This document shows positions 1 to 9,790 of a stretch of 64,000 nt of DNA, piece after piece. The number at the start of each line of letters is the position of its first letter. Within the stretch, counting starts at the first letter, position 1. The notes under the pieces were generated by a model. The model was not told where the DNA came from, did not search any database, and saw nothing but the letters and a program-made list of their open reading frames with translations. Source of the DNA: Cenarchaeum sp. (GTDB lineage Archaea; Thermoproteota; Nitrososphaeria; Nitrososphaerales; Nitrosopumilaceae); the NCBI GenBank assembly GCA_965206845.1, contig OZ242221.1:672001-736000 (forward strand), written 5' to 3'. Position numbers and translations under genes: made by a program.

Positions 1-589
1 TGTTCTCTCCGGGTGATTCGCTTACGTGCCCCTCGAGGTCGAGGAATATGGCCTCATCAAACCCCCTGTTCTTTGCCTCGATTGTGGCAATTATGGAGTT
101 GAGGTAGTTTCCCCCCATCTTTGCCTGCGTGGGCGTGGATGCCGACGAGAACTTTCTCCACGACGTGATACAGGCAGAGATTCCGTTCTTGTCAAATAGA
201 TCACTAAACGAGAACACGCACATCGCGGCATGCGTGGGGGCATCGGCGGTAACATGCAGGTTGATGCCATACTGCCCGATAAAGTAAAACGGCCTGATGT
301 AGCAGTGCTCCCTCACCCCGTTCTTTCTGCACAGCTGAACCATTGCCTCCTTGAGCTCCTCGTTTGAAAAGTTCAGCGACATGGAATAGTATGCGCCCGA
401 GTTCCTAAACCGCCGCAGGTGCTCGTCTATCCTGAATATGTAGAGGTTGTTGGGGTTCCAGTACGCCCGAACCCCCTCAAATACCGATGTGCCGTAGTGT
501 ATTGCATGGGTGGTAATTGGAACCTGTGCCTGATCTATGGTAACGAGCTTGCCGTCAAACCACACGTATTTTGCCAGCGGTATCTTCAC
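1..589 (-). CDS. ilvE: Branched-chain amino acid aminotransferase (3' end runs off window)
   Basis: Manual translation from GTG at 589: MKIPLAKYVWFDGK...THAIHYGTSVFEGVRAY...AKMGGNYLNS...EAIFLD, class IV PLP aminotransferase motifs. Confidence 0.9.
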   Translation of the reverse strand, partial: MKIPLAKYVWFDGKLVTIDQAQVPITTHAIHYGTSVFEGVRAYWNPNNLYIFRIDEHLRRFRNSGAYYSMSLNFSNEELKEAMVQLCRKNGVREHCYIRPFYFIGQYGINLHVTADAPTHAAMCVFSFSDLFDKNGISACITSWRKFSSASTPTQAKMGGNYLNSIIATIEAKNRGFDEAIFLDLEGHVSESPGEN

Positions 590-618
590 ATACGCACAAC
601 GGCGAACGCATAATTAAT

Positions 619-1221
619 CTATTTTGACCATCCGTCTTTTGGAAACTTCATTCCGGCTATCCGGACGGTGCGATCCTCGGCATCTGCAAACCCCTCAACC
701 ACGTCCCAGTGCTCCCGGACTATTCCTACCACCTCGCCCGGCACCTGCCTCTCCCAGTCCGAATCTGCACCCTTTGCGGCATCATACATCTCGCTCTTGA
801 CTGATGATGCGGATATCGCCTTCCTGCTGCCCACGCGGGGACGGAGTCGGTACAGCTTGAGCATGTAGCCCTCGGCCCGGTCTCCCGTATACGTAAAGTA
901 GTCGCCCCGGATGCCCGCAAGTATCTGCCTTCGAAGCCGCCAGGAGCCGGGCGAGATCAGCGGGGGCATATACCTCGAGAACGGGGCAAAGAACGCATAG
1001 TTTCGGGATACTGTAACCGTGTCGCCGAATATGGACTCGATCATCTTTTTTCTGACCTCGAATCCGAAGGGAAAGCTCCTGCTGTTGACCTCGGCATCCC
1101 CCTTCACAAAGAGGACGGGCATCACGCAAACCGAGTCTGCCTGGGCCTTCAGCTCGTTAATTATCTCCACATGGGCGCAGGTTACGGGATTCAGGTGCGC
1201 CAGATACAGTGCCGTGGTCAA
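619..1221 (-). CDS. Cytidylyltransferase-like nucleotidyltransferase (HIGH superfamily)
   Basis: N-terminal YLAHLNPVTCAH variant of the HxGH motif and C-terminal ISASSVK motif. Confidence 0.7.
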   Translation of the reverse strand: MTTALYLAHLNPVTCAHVEIINELKAQADSVCVMPVLFVKGDAEVNSRSFPFGFEVRKKMIESIFGDTVTVSRNYAFFAPFSRYMPPLISPGSWRLRRQILAGIRGDYFTYTGDRAEGYMLKLYRLRPRVGSRKAISASSVKSEMYDAAKGADSDWERQVPGEVVGIVREHWDVVEGFADAEDRTVRIAGMKFPKDGWSK

Positions 1222-1262
1222 CTGTCTGCCCTAGGCGGCAGCCCGTATTTCAATAGTCCAGA

Positions 1263-1336
1263 TGGGGACGATGGGATTTGAACCCATGATCTCCAGCGCC
1301 CGAGGCTGGCAGTATACCAAGCTAACCTACGTCCCC
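1263..1336 (-). tRNA. tRNA-Pro(CGG)
   Basis: Reverse complement GGGGACGTAGG...CCAGC-CT-CGG-GC-GCTGG...GGTTCAAATCC...CGTCCCCA folds as a cloverleaf. Confidence 0.95.
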
Positions 1337-1528
1337 ACAACATGGACCCTGCACCGGATAATAATTCTTTAAGTTTGAGCCCTCGATATGGGGCAACCTG
1401 TCGCGGGGGGTCGGGCGCGAAGGTCTGGCATGGCGTAAAGGCCGATCCAAATGAGAGCGGTTCTGGTCTCCGCCAAGCGCAGGGAGACGTCTGAGATGCG
1501 CGTTTGAAGGGTGTGAGTTTGTACGGCT

Positions 1529-2374
1529 CTAGCCGTAGGACTCGTACTTTACCTCAAAGCTGCCATCGCTACGTTTTCTGCGCTCGGTGACAAGTCCCCG
1601 GGGCTTTAAAAAGTCCATTACGCCGTCTATTGTTCCCTGCCATCCGCAGATGTAGAACATCGTATTGTCCTTGGTAATCTTTTCGCCCACAATCTCCTCT
1701 ACCGGTGACAGCTCGGCGCCATCCCTGGGGCGCAGAAACGTCTCCACCCTGCCTACCTGTCCGGACCACGATCTGTTGAACTGCTCCTGCGGTCTGCTTA
1801 CTGCCGCCCTGTAGGTAAAGTTCCACTTGTCCTTGCCCCGATCCTGGCTTTCATACTCTAGGTTGGTCAACAGCTCCTTGTAGCCAAGCTCGTCTACGTA
1901 GCTTGCACCGTGCAGAACGACGATCTCCCTCTTGTCCCCGGTGTCGCGCAGGTGTTGGGCATAGCTCACAAAGGGAGCAAGTCCCGTACCGCCGCCTATG
2001 CAGACTATTCTGCGGTCGTCCTTCCTGTCATCGGGAAGCTTCTCGTTAAGCGTAAAGGCGCCTGTGGGGCGAATCCAGTTTACCGTGTCACCTGCCTTGG
2101 CATTGAAGAGCTGTGTGGTAAGGCGTCCCGGTATGGGCTTGCGAACCCACCTCACGTAAAGTTCGATGTACTTGTGGTTCTCGGGGTGTGACGCTATCGA
2201 GTACGCCCTTCTTACAATTTTATTATTCTCCAGCGGGTTGGGCATTCCTACGGTAAGGAACTGGCCCGCCTTGTAGTCCGGCACCGAACCGTCGTTTGGA
2301 ACCAGCCTAAAGATCGCCAAATCTTCCTTGAACAGCTGTATGTAAGTGATAGTCGCCTTGTTCTCTACAACCAC
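1529..2374 (-). CDS. Ferredoxin-NADP(+) reductase family protein
   Basis: RAYSIAS, GRLTTQL, GGTGLAP and YICGW motifs; probable start GTG 2374 (MVVENKA); the longer ORF start lies in a MITE. Confidence 0.9.
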   Translation of the reverse strand: MVVENKATITYIQLFKEDLAIFRLVPNDGSVPDYKAGQFLTVGMPNPLENNKIVRRAYSIASHPENHKYIELYVRWVRKPIPGRLTTQLFNAKAGDTVNWIRPTGAFTLNEKLPDDRKDDRRIVCIGGGTGLAPFVSYAQHLRDTGDKREIVVLHGASYVDELGYKELLTNLEYESQDRGKDKWNFTYRAAVSRPQEQFNRSWSGQVGRVETFLRPRDGAELSPVEEIVGEKITKDNTMFYICGWQGTIDGVMDFLKPRGLVTERRKRSDGSFEVKYESYG

Positions 2375-2421
2375 AGATTTTTCAGACAGTCTGTGGTTAA
2401 ATATCTTATGGATCGTTGGTA

Positions 2422-2513
2422 GTACATACTCACGCCCATGATGCACCTAGTCGTAAAAACACGCGGCAGTGTGCAAAACTATGCCTAGCTTTGATCTGGA
2501 CCTGAGTATGTAC
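2422..2513. mobile_element. 92-bp MITE, subfamily A copy 1
   Basis: TIRs GTACATACTCA...TGAGTATGTAC; 8-bp target duplication CGTTGGTA at 2414-2421 and 2514-2521; near-identical copy at 23468. Confidence 0.9.
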
Positions 2514-2724
2514 CGTTGGTAGGCACAGGAATCCTCCCGCATGCGTGCCTGAATTGGGCGTCTGACGCCTGTAGTACCGCTCTCCGGATTCTGGCGCCCT
2601 GCGGCAAAGGGACTGCAGGGCAAGCCGTCGCATGCACGGACGGACCGGACGCCATACTTTCAGCTACATGTTAAATATTCGATCTAAAAGGTGTATATGG
2701 CTATCTCAAATGAGACTGGCTAGT

Positions 2725-2798
2725 GGGCCGGTCGTCTAGACTGGTAGGATACGCCCTTGGCATGGGTGAGATCGAGGGTTCAAATCCCTCCCGGTCCA
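2725..2798 (+). tRNA. tRNA-Ala(GGC)
   Basis: GGGCCGG...CGCCC-TT-GGC-AT-GGGTG...GGTTCAAATCC...CCGGTCCA cloverleaf. Confidence 0.95.
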
Positions 2799-2976
2799 TA
2801 CTTTTCAAGTAACTTTTGTAGGCTCCACGCACACAATAGGCATGAAGTTGACAAAAGACGAAATCGCCAGGGCAAGGGACGCATCCCCCATGGAGCTCTT
2901 CGCGCAGGGCATACGCTCAAAGGAGACGCTGGAGAAGTACTCGAGAACCCTCCGGCAGGTGACCTGCGAGTTCCTG

Positions 2977-4086
2977 AGAAGTGATCCGTTATTATTTTTC
3001 AAGCCTGCCCACCCTACTTTTCAGGCCCGTTTCCGTCAGGCTGCCTGTTCTGCCAGCCACAACAGTCTTTGATTTACCAATCCGCACACGACGTCGTTGA
3101 TCCGGTCGTACTTCTTCAGCGGGTTCCGGTACACCCCGCTCATTATCCGCCAAGTCTTGACTCTCCGGATGGCATGTTCCACGTAGACGCGAATCTTTGA
3201 GTGCAGCCTGTTGAACTCTTTTTCGAGCGCCGAGAGCTTTTTTCCTGGCTTCCGCCTGATCGGTTCCATCACTTCCACCTCTTCGTACATCTTCTGCGCC
3301 CCCGGGTAGCCCCTGTCCGTATAGACCCGCACCTTTGTCTTCCCCTTCTTGCCGTCAGACCCGTCCCGGGACGGCAGGCCGGAGGGAAACGTCGGGTGCT
3401 TCATCCTGTACACCCTGACGTCGTGGACGCGTCCTGGGGAGTGCCTCGTGTTGTGGATGATCAGGCCGTTTGTGTTCACGGTGTACTGTACCTTGGCCGT
3501 GTGCCTCCCGGCCTTGCCCGAATAGTGGGACTTTTCCATGTCTTTCCGTTTGGGCCTCTGCACCTGCTGCTCCGAGGCGTCAATGAGGCACCGGAGCCCT
3601 GGAAGGATCTCCTCAAGCTCCTCAAGGGTCGAGGCCCTCTTTGCCCTGTCGTGGATCTTGGCTGGTATCGGGATGCATTGCCTGACGACCGGCGCGATCT
3701 GGTCGATGGAGCGCGATACCGTGGCCTGGCCCACCCCGAAGACCTCGGCCGCCACGTCTTGGGTGGCATACGTCCTGTAGTAGAACAGGAGGAGCAGCAC
3801 GCGGTTGCGCAGGTCGAGCGCGAATCTGCGCCCGGCCCCGATTGCGCGCCTACGAGGCCTCTTGGAGAGCCTCTCCCTCTCCACCTCGGGGTGCGCCTTC
3901 TCCACCTTTGCGAACAACAAATCAAATTCCTAGAGGGACATGCCCATGAGGGTCTTGAAACGCCTGGCGTTTCCTGACAGCTTGGTATACGATAGCATGT
4001 GACAGGCTGGATCGGACGATATTTTGATCTTACTGCCTTCCCCAGGCCGCCGCCTACGGCGAATGGGCTAATTACGAATCAGTTCT
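2977..4086 (-). mobile_element. IS5-family (ISL2-like, DDE_Tnp_4) insertion sequence
   Basis: Imperfect TIRs AGAAGTGATCCGTTATTA / AGAACTGATTCGTAATTA enclosing a transposase; flanks are CTG and CAG. Confidence 0.85.
3036..3998 (-). pseudogene. IS5-family transposase with in-frame TAG at codon 23
   Basis: ATG 3998: MLSYTKLSGNARRFKTLMGMSL*EFDLLFAKV, then HTH, LIDASEQ, YSGK, HD, DRGY and RVYVEHAI DDE motifs. Confidence 0.85.
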
Positions 4087-4451
4087 CAGAACTACTTCAA
4101 GACGTCCGTGCTGGAGCTTGCGGGCGAGTACGCCGGCGTCGTGCCGGACCTGACCATAGACGACTCCGAGAGGCTCAAGCGCTCAAACAGGCGCATGTCT
4201 GCCAACATACGGGAGCTTGAGGCCAAGGATGCCCGGATAGACCAGCTGGAGAGGAAGGTGCGCAACCTGGAGGGGCTGCGCGTCGAGGCCCTCGACATGG
4301 ACAAGCTCCTCGAAGAGGCGAGCATGGACATGAGGGCGGCAACGGAGGGGATCTGGGTGGGGTTTGGGGGAATTGCGCATAAGATCTATCATACACGCCG
4401 AGAAAACGCATTCATGTTAGTCGATATTCAAATGTAATGTTTTAGCGGGTT

Positions 4452-4982
4452 TTAATCTAGACCGGTATTTGCAATTAAGCTGTCCCTGTCATACTGAAGG
4501 CCGCTGTCTTTTTCATATATCTGTGAGAGTATATCATAGCAGTGTATCCTGAGCCTGAGGCTGTTTATGTGATCAAGACCTCTTCCATGCTTCACATCAT
4601 TCCTAAGGGAGAGTATAATCCTCATCTTGTGTTCGAATACCTGCTTATCTATGAAGACACTTTCAAAATAACTCTTCCAGTTGTCTTTTTTTGCGATTAT
4701 CCTTCCATAGCCATCAAAATTAATGTAATGCCACACCTCATACGTCGGCTTGTTCAGTACGTCTGACATTTTTTTGGCGTCCTCGTGCCTCTTGTCCGCG
4801 TGGTTCCTTATCTCCTGCGGAATGCAGGCCTTCCACCAGTTTTTTGTGCCAGAAAGCTTGCGCACCACGAACTCTCGTGTGGTTTCCTCGAAATAGTCCA
4901 GCACTTTAGAGTCGGTCGTCAAGGCTGCATGTGTCTTATTTTTAGATGTTAAAAGTATGATGCCGGGATTGATATTGTCCAA
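4452..4982 (-). CDS. Swt1-like HEPN domain protein (possibly 5'-truncated)
   Basis: E..LREFV..KL...WW...IP..IR pattern, Y.NF..Y..II....W..YF..VF pattern and RNDVKH (Rx4H) motif; AT-rich. Confidence 0.7.
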   Translation of the reverse strand: MDNINPGIILLTSKNKTHAALTTDSKVLDYFEETTREFVVRKLSGTKNWWKACIPQEIRNHADKRHEDAKKMSDVLNKPTYEVWHYINFDGYGRIIAKKDNWKSYFESVFIDKQVFEHKMRIILSLRNDVKHGRGLDHINSLRLRIHCYDILSQIYEKDSGLQYDRDSLIANTGLD

Positions 4983-5026
4983 ATTCTAGTTTTGTCGTCT
5001 CATTTTATGTCCTTTTGTGCATGCTG

Positions 5027-5210
5027 TAGCGACACGCCAAAGTTCGTTCCAAGAAAAATGCACCAGACCGAAAACTTTGTAGATCGCTTCATTCTCTGAC
5101 ACAACATGGGTGAAACAGAGCGGAAAGAACTCAAAGAGGCATGCAGGAAGGAGAAAGATCCCATGGCGGTTGCAAGAATGCTCGCGGTGCACATGTACCC
5201 CTATGCGTAA
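5027..5210 (+). mobile_element. IS630-family left end with truncated transposase N-terminus (5106-5210)
   Basis: End sequence TAGCGACACGCCAAAGTTCGTTCCAAGAAAA, then MGETERKELKEACRKEKDPMAVARMLAVHM, which resembles the EKDP..R start of the IS630 ORF at 46988. Confidence 0.65.
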
Positions 5211-5313
5211 TCCCTCCAAACCCCACGCCGATAAGCTTAGATCAGACACGATCACCCCACACACATATGACCAGATGCAGCATGCAAAAGGCTAGATCAT
5301 CGGGTGGCTCTTC

Positions 5314-6126
5314 TTACATCTTGTCCAGAAATTCGTGTATCTGGTCCGAGGCATCTGGAATCTTGGGATCCATGTCCTTCAGGGTGTCTGTGATGATCTT
5401 TCCCACTACCCAGTTGCGGTACCACTTGTCGTCTGCCGGTACCACGTACCACGGAGCCCACGGAGTGCTGCATCTTCCGAGCACCTGCTCGTACGCCTCC
5501 ATGTTCTTGTCCCAGTTCTTGCGTTCCTCGTAGTCTCTGCTGCTGAACTTCCAGTGTTTTTGCGGATTCGTGACCCTCTTGGCCAGCCTTCGCTTCTGCT
5601 CGTCCTTGCTTATGTGCAGGTAAAATTTCAAGGTCCGCACGCTCTCGTCCCTGAGCATCTTTTCAAAGTTGTTTATGTGCTTGTATCTCTTGGACCAGCG
5701 CTCTTCGGGCAGGAGGTTGTACACGCTGACTGACAGAATGTCGCCGTAGTGGGAGCGGTTGAATATGACGATCTCTCCGCCTGCGGGAACCACCCTGTGA
5801 ATGCGCCACAAAAAGTCGTGCTTTGCTTCCACTGAATTTGGGGCTTTGAACGACACCACCCTGCATCCCTGAGGGTTGAACCCTTGCATGACGTCGCGTA
5901 TAGTTCCGTCCTTGCCTCCTGCATCCATCGCCTGCAAGACAATCAGCAGTGCCTGCTTGCCTTCTGCAAACAGCTTGTTCTGGAGTTCGAACATCTCCTC
6001 GTGTATCTGATCCAGCTCCCGCCTTGCCTCCTCCTTCTTCACTCTTCCGCCGCCTTTAGTGCTTATCTTGCCAAGATCAACTTTGGATTCAGGCTTGATG
6101 CAAAAATCCGACTCCTTGTATGCCAA
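5314..6126 (-). CDS. ppk2: Polyphosphate kinase 2 family protein
   Basis: QAMDAGGKDG Walker A, HDFLWR, FNRSHY, WKFS..D and PWYVVPADDKWYR motifs. Confidence 0.92.
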   Translation of the reverse strand: MAYKESDFCIKPESKVDLGKISTKGGGRVKKEEARRELDQIHEEMFELQNKLFAEGKQALLIVLQAMDAGGKDGTIRDVMQGFNPQGCRVVSFKAPNSVEAKHDFLWRIHRVVPAGGEIVIFNRSHYGDILSVSVYNLLPEERWSKRYKHINNFEKMLRDESVRTLKFYLHISKDEQKRRLAKRVTNPQKHWKFSSRDYEERKNWDKNMEAYEQVLGRCSTPWAPWYVVPADDKWYRNWVVGKIITDTLKDMDPKIPDASDQIHEFLDKM

Positions 6127-6420
6127 ACAAGAATATGAAGATCAAATGTGATATAAGCATGCAGTTGTACCCTGTTCAATCTTATCTATGTGCAGCGTTT
6201 TTAAAGATTAGCTGGATTTTTCCGTGTTGCTGGATGGCCTTGGCTAGAGGTGATACTCCACTCAAAGGATGGTCGGACACTTATCTATACGAGCACTATC
6301 ACTCAGTACCATTCTTCATCCATTCATTAGGGGCAAGTCGCAGTTAGGTGACGAGCATGAAAACTCAAATTGAACACCGCACAAATCCCTAACCACAATC
6401 TCCTGACGTTCAGTCATGCG

Positions 6421-6598
6421 TATAGCGACACGCAAAAATTCGTGCAGTGTGTAAGCAGACCGTAAGGCTTTGATACGCTTAAAAATCCACTTATGGAGTC
6501 AAATCCTTCATGGAATACACTGTTTTCTTTTGACTAGTTGTGATCGATTCCAATAGGTGCTGGTCAATGTTCTGCACGAATTTATGATCGGCGCTATA
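6421..6598. mobile_element. ~178-bp IS630-type MITE
   Basis: Imperfect TIRs TATAGCGACACGCAAAAATTCGTGCAG / TATAGCGCCGATCATAAATTCGTGCAG with TA at both ends; left end resembles the 5027 end. Confidence 0.7.
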
Positions 6599-6977
6599 CC
6601 TGCCTGAATCGCAGGCGTACACTGCCGCCACAACTCCGAGGAGCATCGGAACTAAAATTTGTACTCTTTTCTATTTCTATCACCTCCTTTTTTTCCGTGG
6701 CAGGCTGAAGCTGCAACCATCTATCAGGGCTCGAGGCCCAGTAACACAGCAGCTCGGACTGCCCCATTCAACTAATAGGTCTCTTTGACCATGGTACGTG
6801 AGGGGTCGGCCCGCCACACTAGGTGGATAGGAGGGGTTATCATGTGTTCAACTAAGTGCAAACCTTTCCCGGTTCATTCTTCGCGTATTTGGATACTAAC
6901 TCAGATCTCTCCTTTGCCGGATGCTGGCCTGTGCATTCGATTGTGTTCTTGCGACAGGCCGCACAGCCGCCCTGCCC

Positions 6978-7403
6978 CTACTCCGGGCTCTGGATCCTTG
7001 AGGTGCCGCCGTGAGCCGCAAGGAACTCCAGCGAGCCCTCGGCACACGAGCGAACCATGGAGCTGGGATCCTTTGTAAGCTCCGTTATCTTTGCGATCCC
7101 GTCCAGATCCTTCCTGTTTGCCAGAACCAGCGCAACAAATGCCCGTACATTCTTGCGGGGCGAGCTCAAATGAGGAATTAGGATGTCAGAGATCCTGTTG
7201 CTGTTGCTCATCAGGGAGCTAAAGGCCTCCCCCCTGACCCGGATATCCGGGTCGTCAAGCATCGGTATTATGGCCTCGACAAGCTGCGGCCTGTCCGTAT
7301 CGGAGAGATCCTCTAAGACTTTGATCTTTTCTTCACGGGTGCCAGAGTCCAGTACTGCCATCAGATCGTCAACCGATCCGGATTCGGCATCAGTCTTTGC
7401 CAC
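6978..7403 (-). CDS. HEAT-repeat protein
   Basis: LDDPDIRVRGEA, LSSPRKNVRAFVA and LTKDPSSMVRSCA repeats; probable GTG start 7403. Confidence 0.8.
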   Translation of the reverse strand: MAKTDAESGSVDDLMAVLDSGTREEKIKVLEDLSDTDRPQLVEAIIPMLDDPDIRVRGEAFSSLMSNSNRISDILIPHLSSPRKNVRAFVALVLANRKDLDGIAKITELTKDPSSMVRSCAEGSLEFLAAHGGTSRIQSPE

Positions 7404-7735
7404 AAAGCTCACCCAATATTGCCAAAGGTCGGATCTTGAATTTAAGTTGTGCCAATGCGGGTCGCAAGACTCTGCGTGTATAAGAGTGGAGCAACAGCTG
7501 CCGTGCGCGATACCGGCCTGAGCGGGCTTGGCAAAATCCGGAAGGGACACACCCACGCAAGGGCACCATGGCAGAAGAGACAGATGCTGCTGCGTCCCGG
7601 GATGCCATGATCATGCCGCCTGGTGGCCTGTCAGAGCGCGTCCCAAGCGGGATCCGGCAGCAAAAACTACGACTAGATCCAGGCAACATAAAAAAAACCC
7701 GTACTTTAAATTATACTGGAGCTGCAAACACCCTA

Positions 7736-8023
7736 ATGTCTACCGAAGCAAGAGACACCATCTACATAGGCAAGAAGCCGTTGATGGCGTATGTTACATC
7801 TACGCTCATTCAACTGACTAGCTTGCCGGCCGTTAGCATCAAGGCCAGAGGTATGAGCATCGGTCACGCAGTTGATGTGGCACAGATCATATCACGCAAG
7901 ACCGGGAGCGCCGGATACTCCATCGGAAGCATAACAATTGGCTCTGAAAGTCTAGAGTCAAAAGACGGCAAAGCAAGAAACGTATCCACCATCGATATCG
8001 AAGTAAAGAGAAACGCCTCTTAG
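7736..8023 (+). CDS. alba: Alba DNA/RNA-binding protein
   Basis: IYIGKKPLMAYV...IKARGMSIGHAVDVA...NVSTIDI; ATG 7736 preceded by a TTTAAA box. Confidence 0.92.
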   Translation: MSTEARDTIYIGKKPLMAYVTSTLIQLTSLPAVSIKARGMSIGHAVDVAQIISRKTGSAGYSIGSITIGSESLESKDGKARNVSTIDIEVKRNAS

Positions 8024-8049
8024 ACACTCTTTACTTGACATTTTTTATC

Positions 8050-8907
8050 CTAGACCGAGCCGTATCTCTCTTCCAGCTCTCTGAACCGGGAGAGATCCAC
8101 CAGATCGTTGAACTGCTCAAAGTCCACCATGTTCCCCTCCAGCTTCTTGGTGGTTCCAGACAGCCGGAGCTCCCTTAGAACGCCCATGGCGGCGTACGAG
8201 CTTGCAAACAGGACCGACAGCGGATACAGAATTATCTTAAATCCCATACTGTAGAGATCTTCTGCAGAGCTGATGGGCGTCGCCCCTCCCTCGATCATGT
8301 TTGCAACCAGAGGGGCCTTGATCTCCCGTCCAATCTGTTTCATCTCGTCTATGGATCTTGGAGCCTCGATGAAGATCACGTCTGCGCCAATCTTCCTGTT
8401 CTGCCTGCCTCGCTCTATGGCGGCATCTATGCCCTCAGTTGCCCTTGCATCGGTTCTGGCCACAATTACAAAGTCCTCGCTGTCCCGCGCGTCAACTGCA
8501 GCCTGGAGCTTCTCTGCATATTCTGCCTGTGGGATCACCTCCTTTCCATTCATGTGTCCGCAGCGCTTGGGCCAGCGCTGATCCTCAAGAAATATGCCCG
8601 ATGCCCCTGCGGACTCGAGATCCCTTACCAGCTTCCATACGCTGAGCGCGTTTCCGTACCCGGTGTCCGCATCCACTATAACCGGAAGCGAGACGGCCTT
8701 GCAGATTCTTCTCGCGTTCTCTGTGGTCTCGGCGGCACCTATGAACCCATAGTCGGGCATTCCAAAGAGGGTGGCGGACGTCCCATAGCCGGTCTGGAAC
8801 ATTGCATCAAACCCCACCTTCTGCACTATTTTTGCGCCCATGGCATCGTACACTCCGGGAACGACCAGCGGGCCGTCCCGGCGCAGGATCTGCTTTATGG
8901 TCTCCAC
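8050..8907 (-). CDS. prpB: Isocitrate lyase/PEP mutase family enzyme (methylisocitrate lyase-like)
   Basis: DADTGYG, EDQRWPKRCGH and ARTDA motifs; probable GTG start 8907; exact substrate uncertain. Confidence 0.8.
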   Translation of the reverse strand: METIKQILRRDGPLVVPGVYDAMGAKIVQKVGFDAMFQTGYGTSATLFGMPDYGFIGAAETTENARRICKAVSLPVIVDADTGYGNALSVWKLVRDLESAGASGIFLEDQRWPKRCGHMNGKEVIPQAEYAEKLQAAVDARDSEDFVIVARTDARATEGIDAAIERGRQNRKIGADVIFIEAPRSIDEMKQIGREIKAPLVANMIEGGATPISSAEDLYSMGFKIILYPLSVLFASSYAAMGVLRELRLSGTTKKLEGNMVDFEQFNDLVDLSRFRELEERYGSV

Positions 8908-9173
8908 AGACTGCCGCGGAACGGGAGTTATTTGAAGCTTGAGTGTTTTTGCGCGCCGCATGCCACCGGCTCCGGACCGGCAGAGCCGGAGCAGACCGGA
9001 TGCAAGTGATGACAGACACGGCCAAATGCAGAAGCTTGGCCAGTGCGCGATCCCCGGCTCGGATCTGCAGAACCTGATACGGCAGGTCGGCATCTGCTGC
9101 ATCCGGAGGATCGCGCAAATACACGCGCATGTTGAAAAAGCCTAAATTGAGCACGGGTGGCATCTCACTCAAC

Positions 9174-9247
9174 GGGTCTGTAGCGCAGCCAGGTAGCGCA
9201 CCGGACTTTTAATCCGGCTGTCGTGGGTTCGAATCCCATCAGACCCG
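9174..9247 (+). tRNA. tRNA-Lys(TTT)
   Basis: GGGTCTG...CCGGA-CT-TTT-AA-TCCGG...GGTTCGAATCC...CAGACCCG cloverleaf. Confidence 0.95.
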
Positions 9248-9790
9248 CTCTCCCTGTGGATTCGGGTTCTCCAGCACGACCCTGCCGTTTGGCATGGCGC
9301 CGACAAGCCTGAAGATCGAGTTGCTAGCAGTGCCCTCTCAGTACTTGGCCCCGCCCAAACATCCGTCGGATCTCATACCGCCGTTTCCGGGTTGACGGGA
9401 TCGGAGGCTGCAGATTCGGAGAGTCCGATAATGGCAGATCCGGGCCGGCAAACATTCCCTCCGCGCCGGGTCTGACAGACAGCGTCGCAGAACCGCCGGC
9501 CGCTTTGGGTGACCGGGCTGCGATCTGCCACAACTGCCATCAGGGAGGCAGGTGCCGTAACGGAGTCGTTTCGGGAGGCAGAACCTCGATCTGTCATACA
9601 TCGTGGGAGATCCATAGCTTGCGCCTTCTGGGATCTCGGTCATCGGTCGACACCGTATCGTGCTGCCCTTGCCGCATGCGCGTTCCGGAACTACTCGTCA
9701 CGCATGCGCATTTCTTGTCAATGCATGTGGATCGTTGGGGCGGCTCGTTGATCTGCATGTGTCAGGACTGCCCAACCTCCGGGTTAACTC

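Larger units (their letters stand above)
2842..4437 (+). pseudogene. Tyrosine recombinase/integrase remnant: N-terminal fragment (2842-2976) and C-terminal fragment (4087-4437) separated by an IS5-family element, catalytic core missing
   Basis: MKLTKDEIARARDASPMELFAQGIRSKETLEKYSRTLR and QNYFKTSVLELAGEYAGVVPDLTIDDSERLKRSNRRM resemble the two ends of thaumarchaeal tRNA-adjacent integrases (from memory); begins 43 bp after tRNA-Ala. Confidence 0.65.

Noticed and set aside
5209-6390. attR copies of the tRNA-Ala 3' end (AATCCCTCC at 5209, CAAATCCCT at 6382)
   Set aside because: Only 9-bp matches, expected by chance
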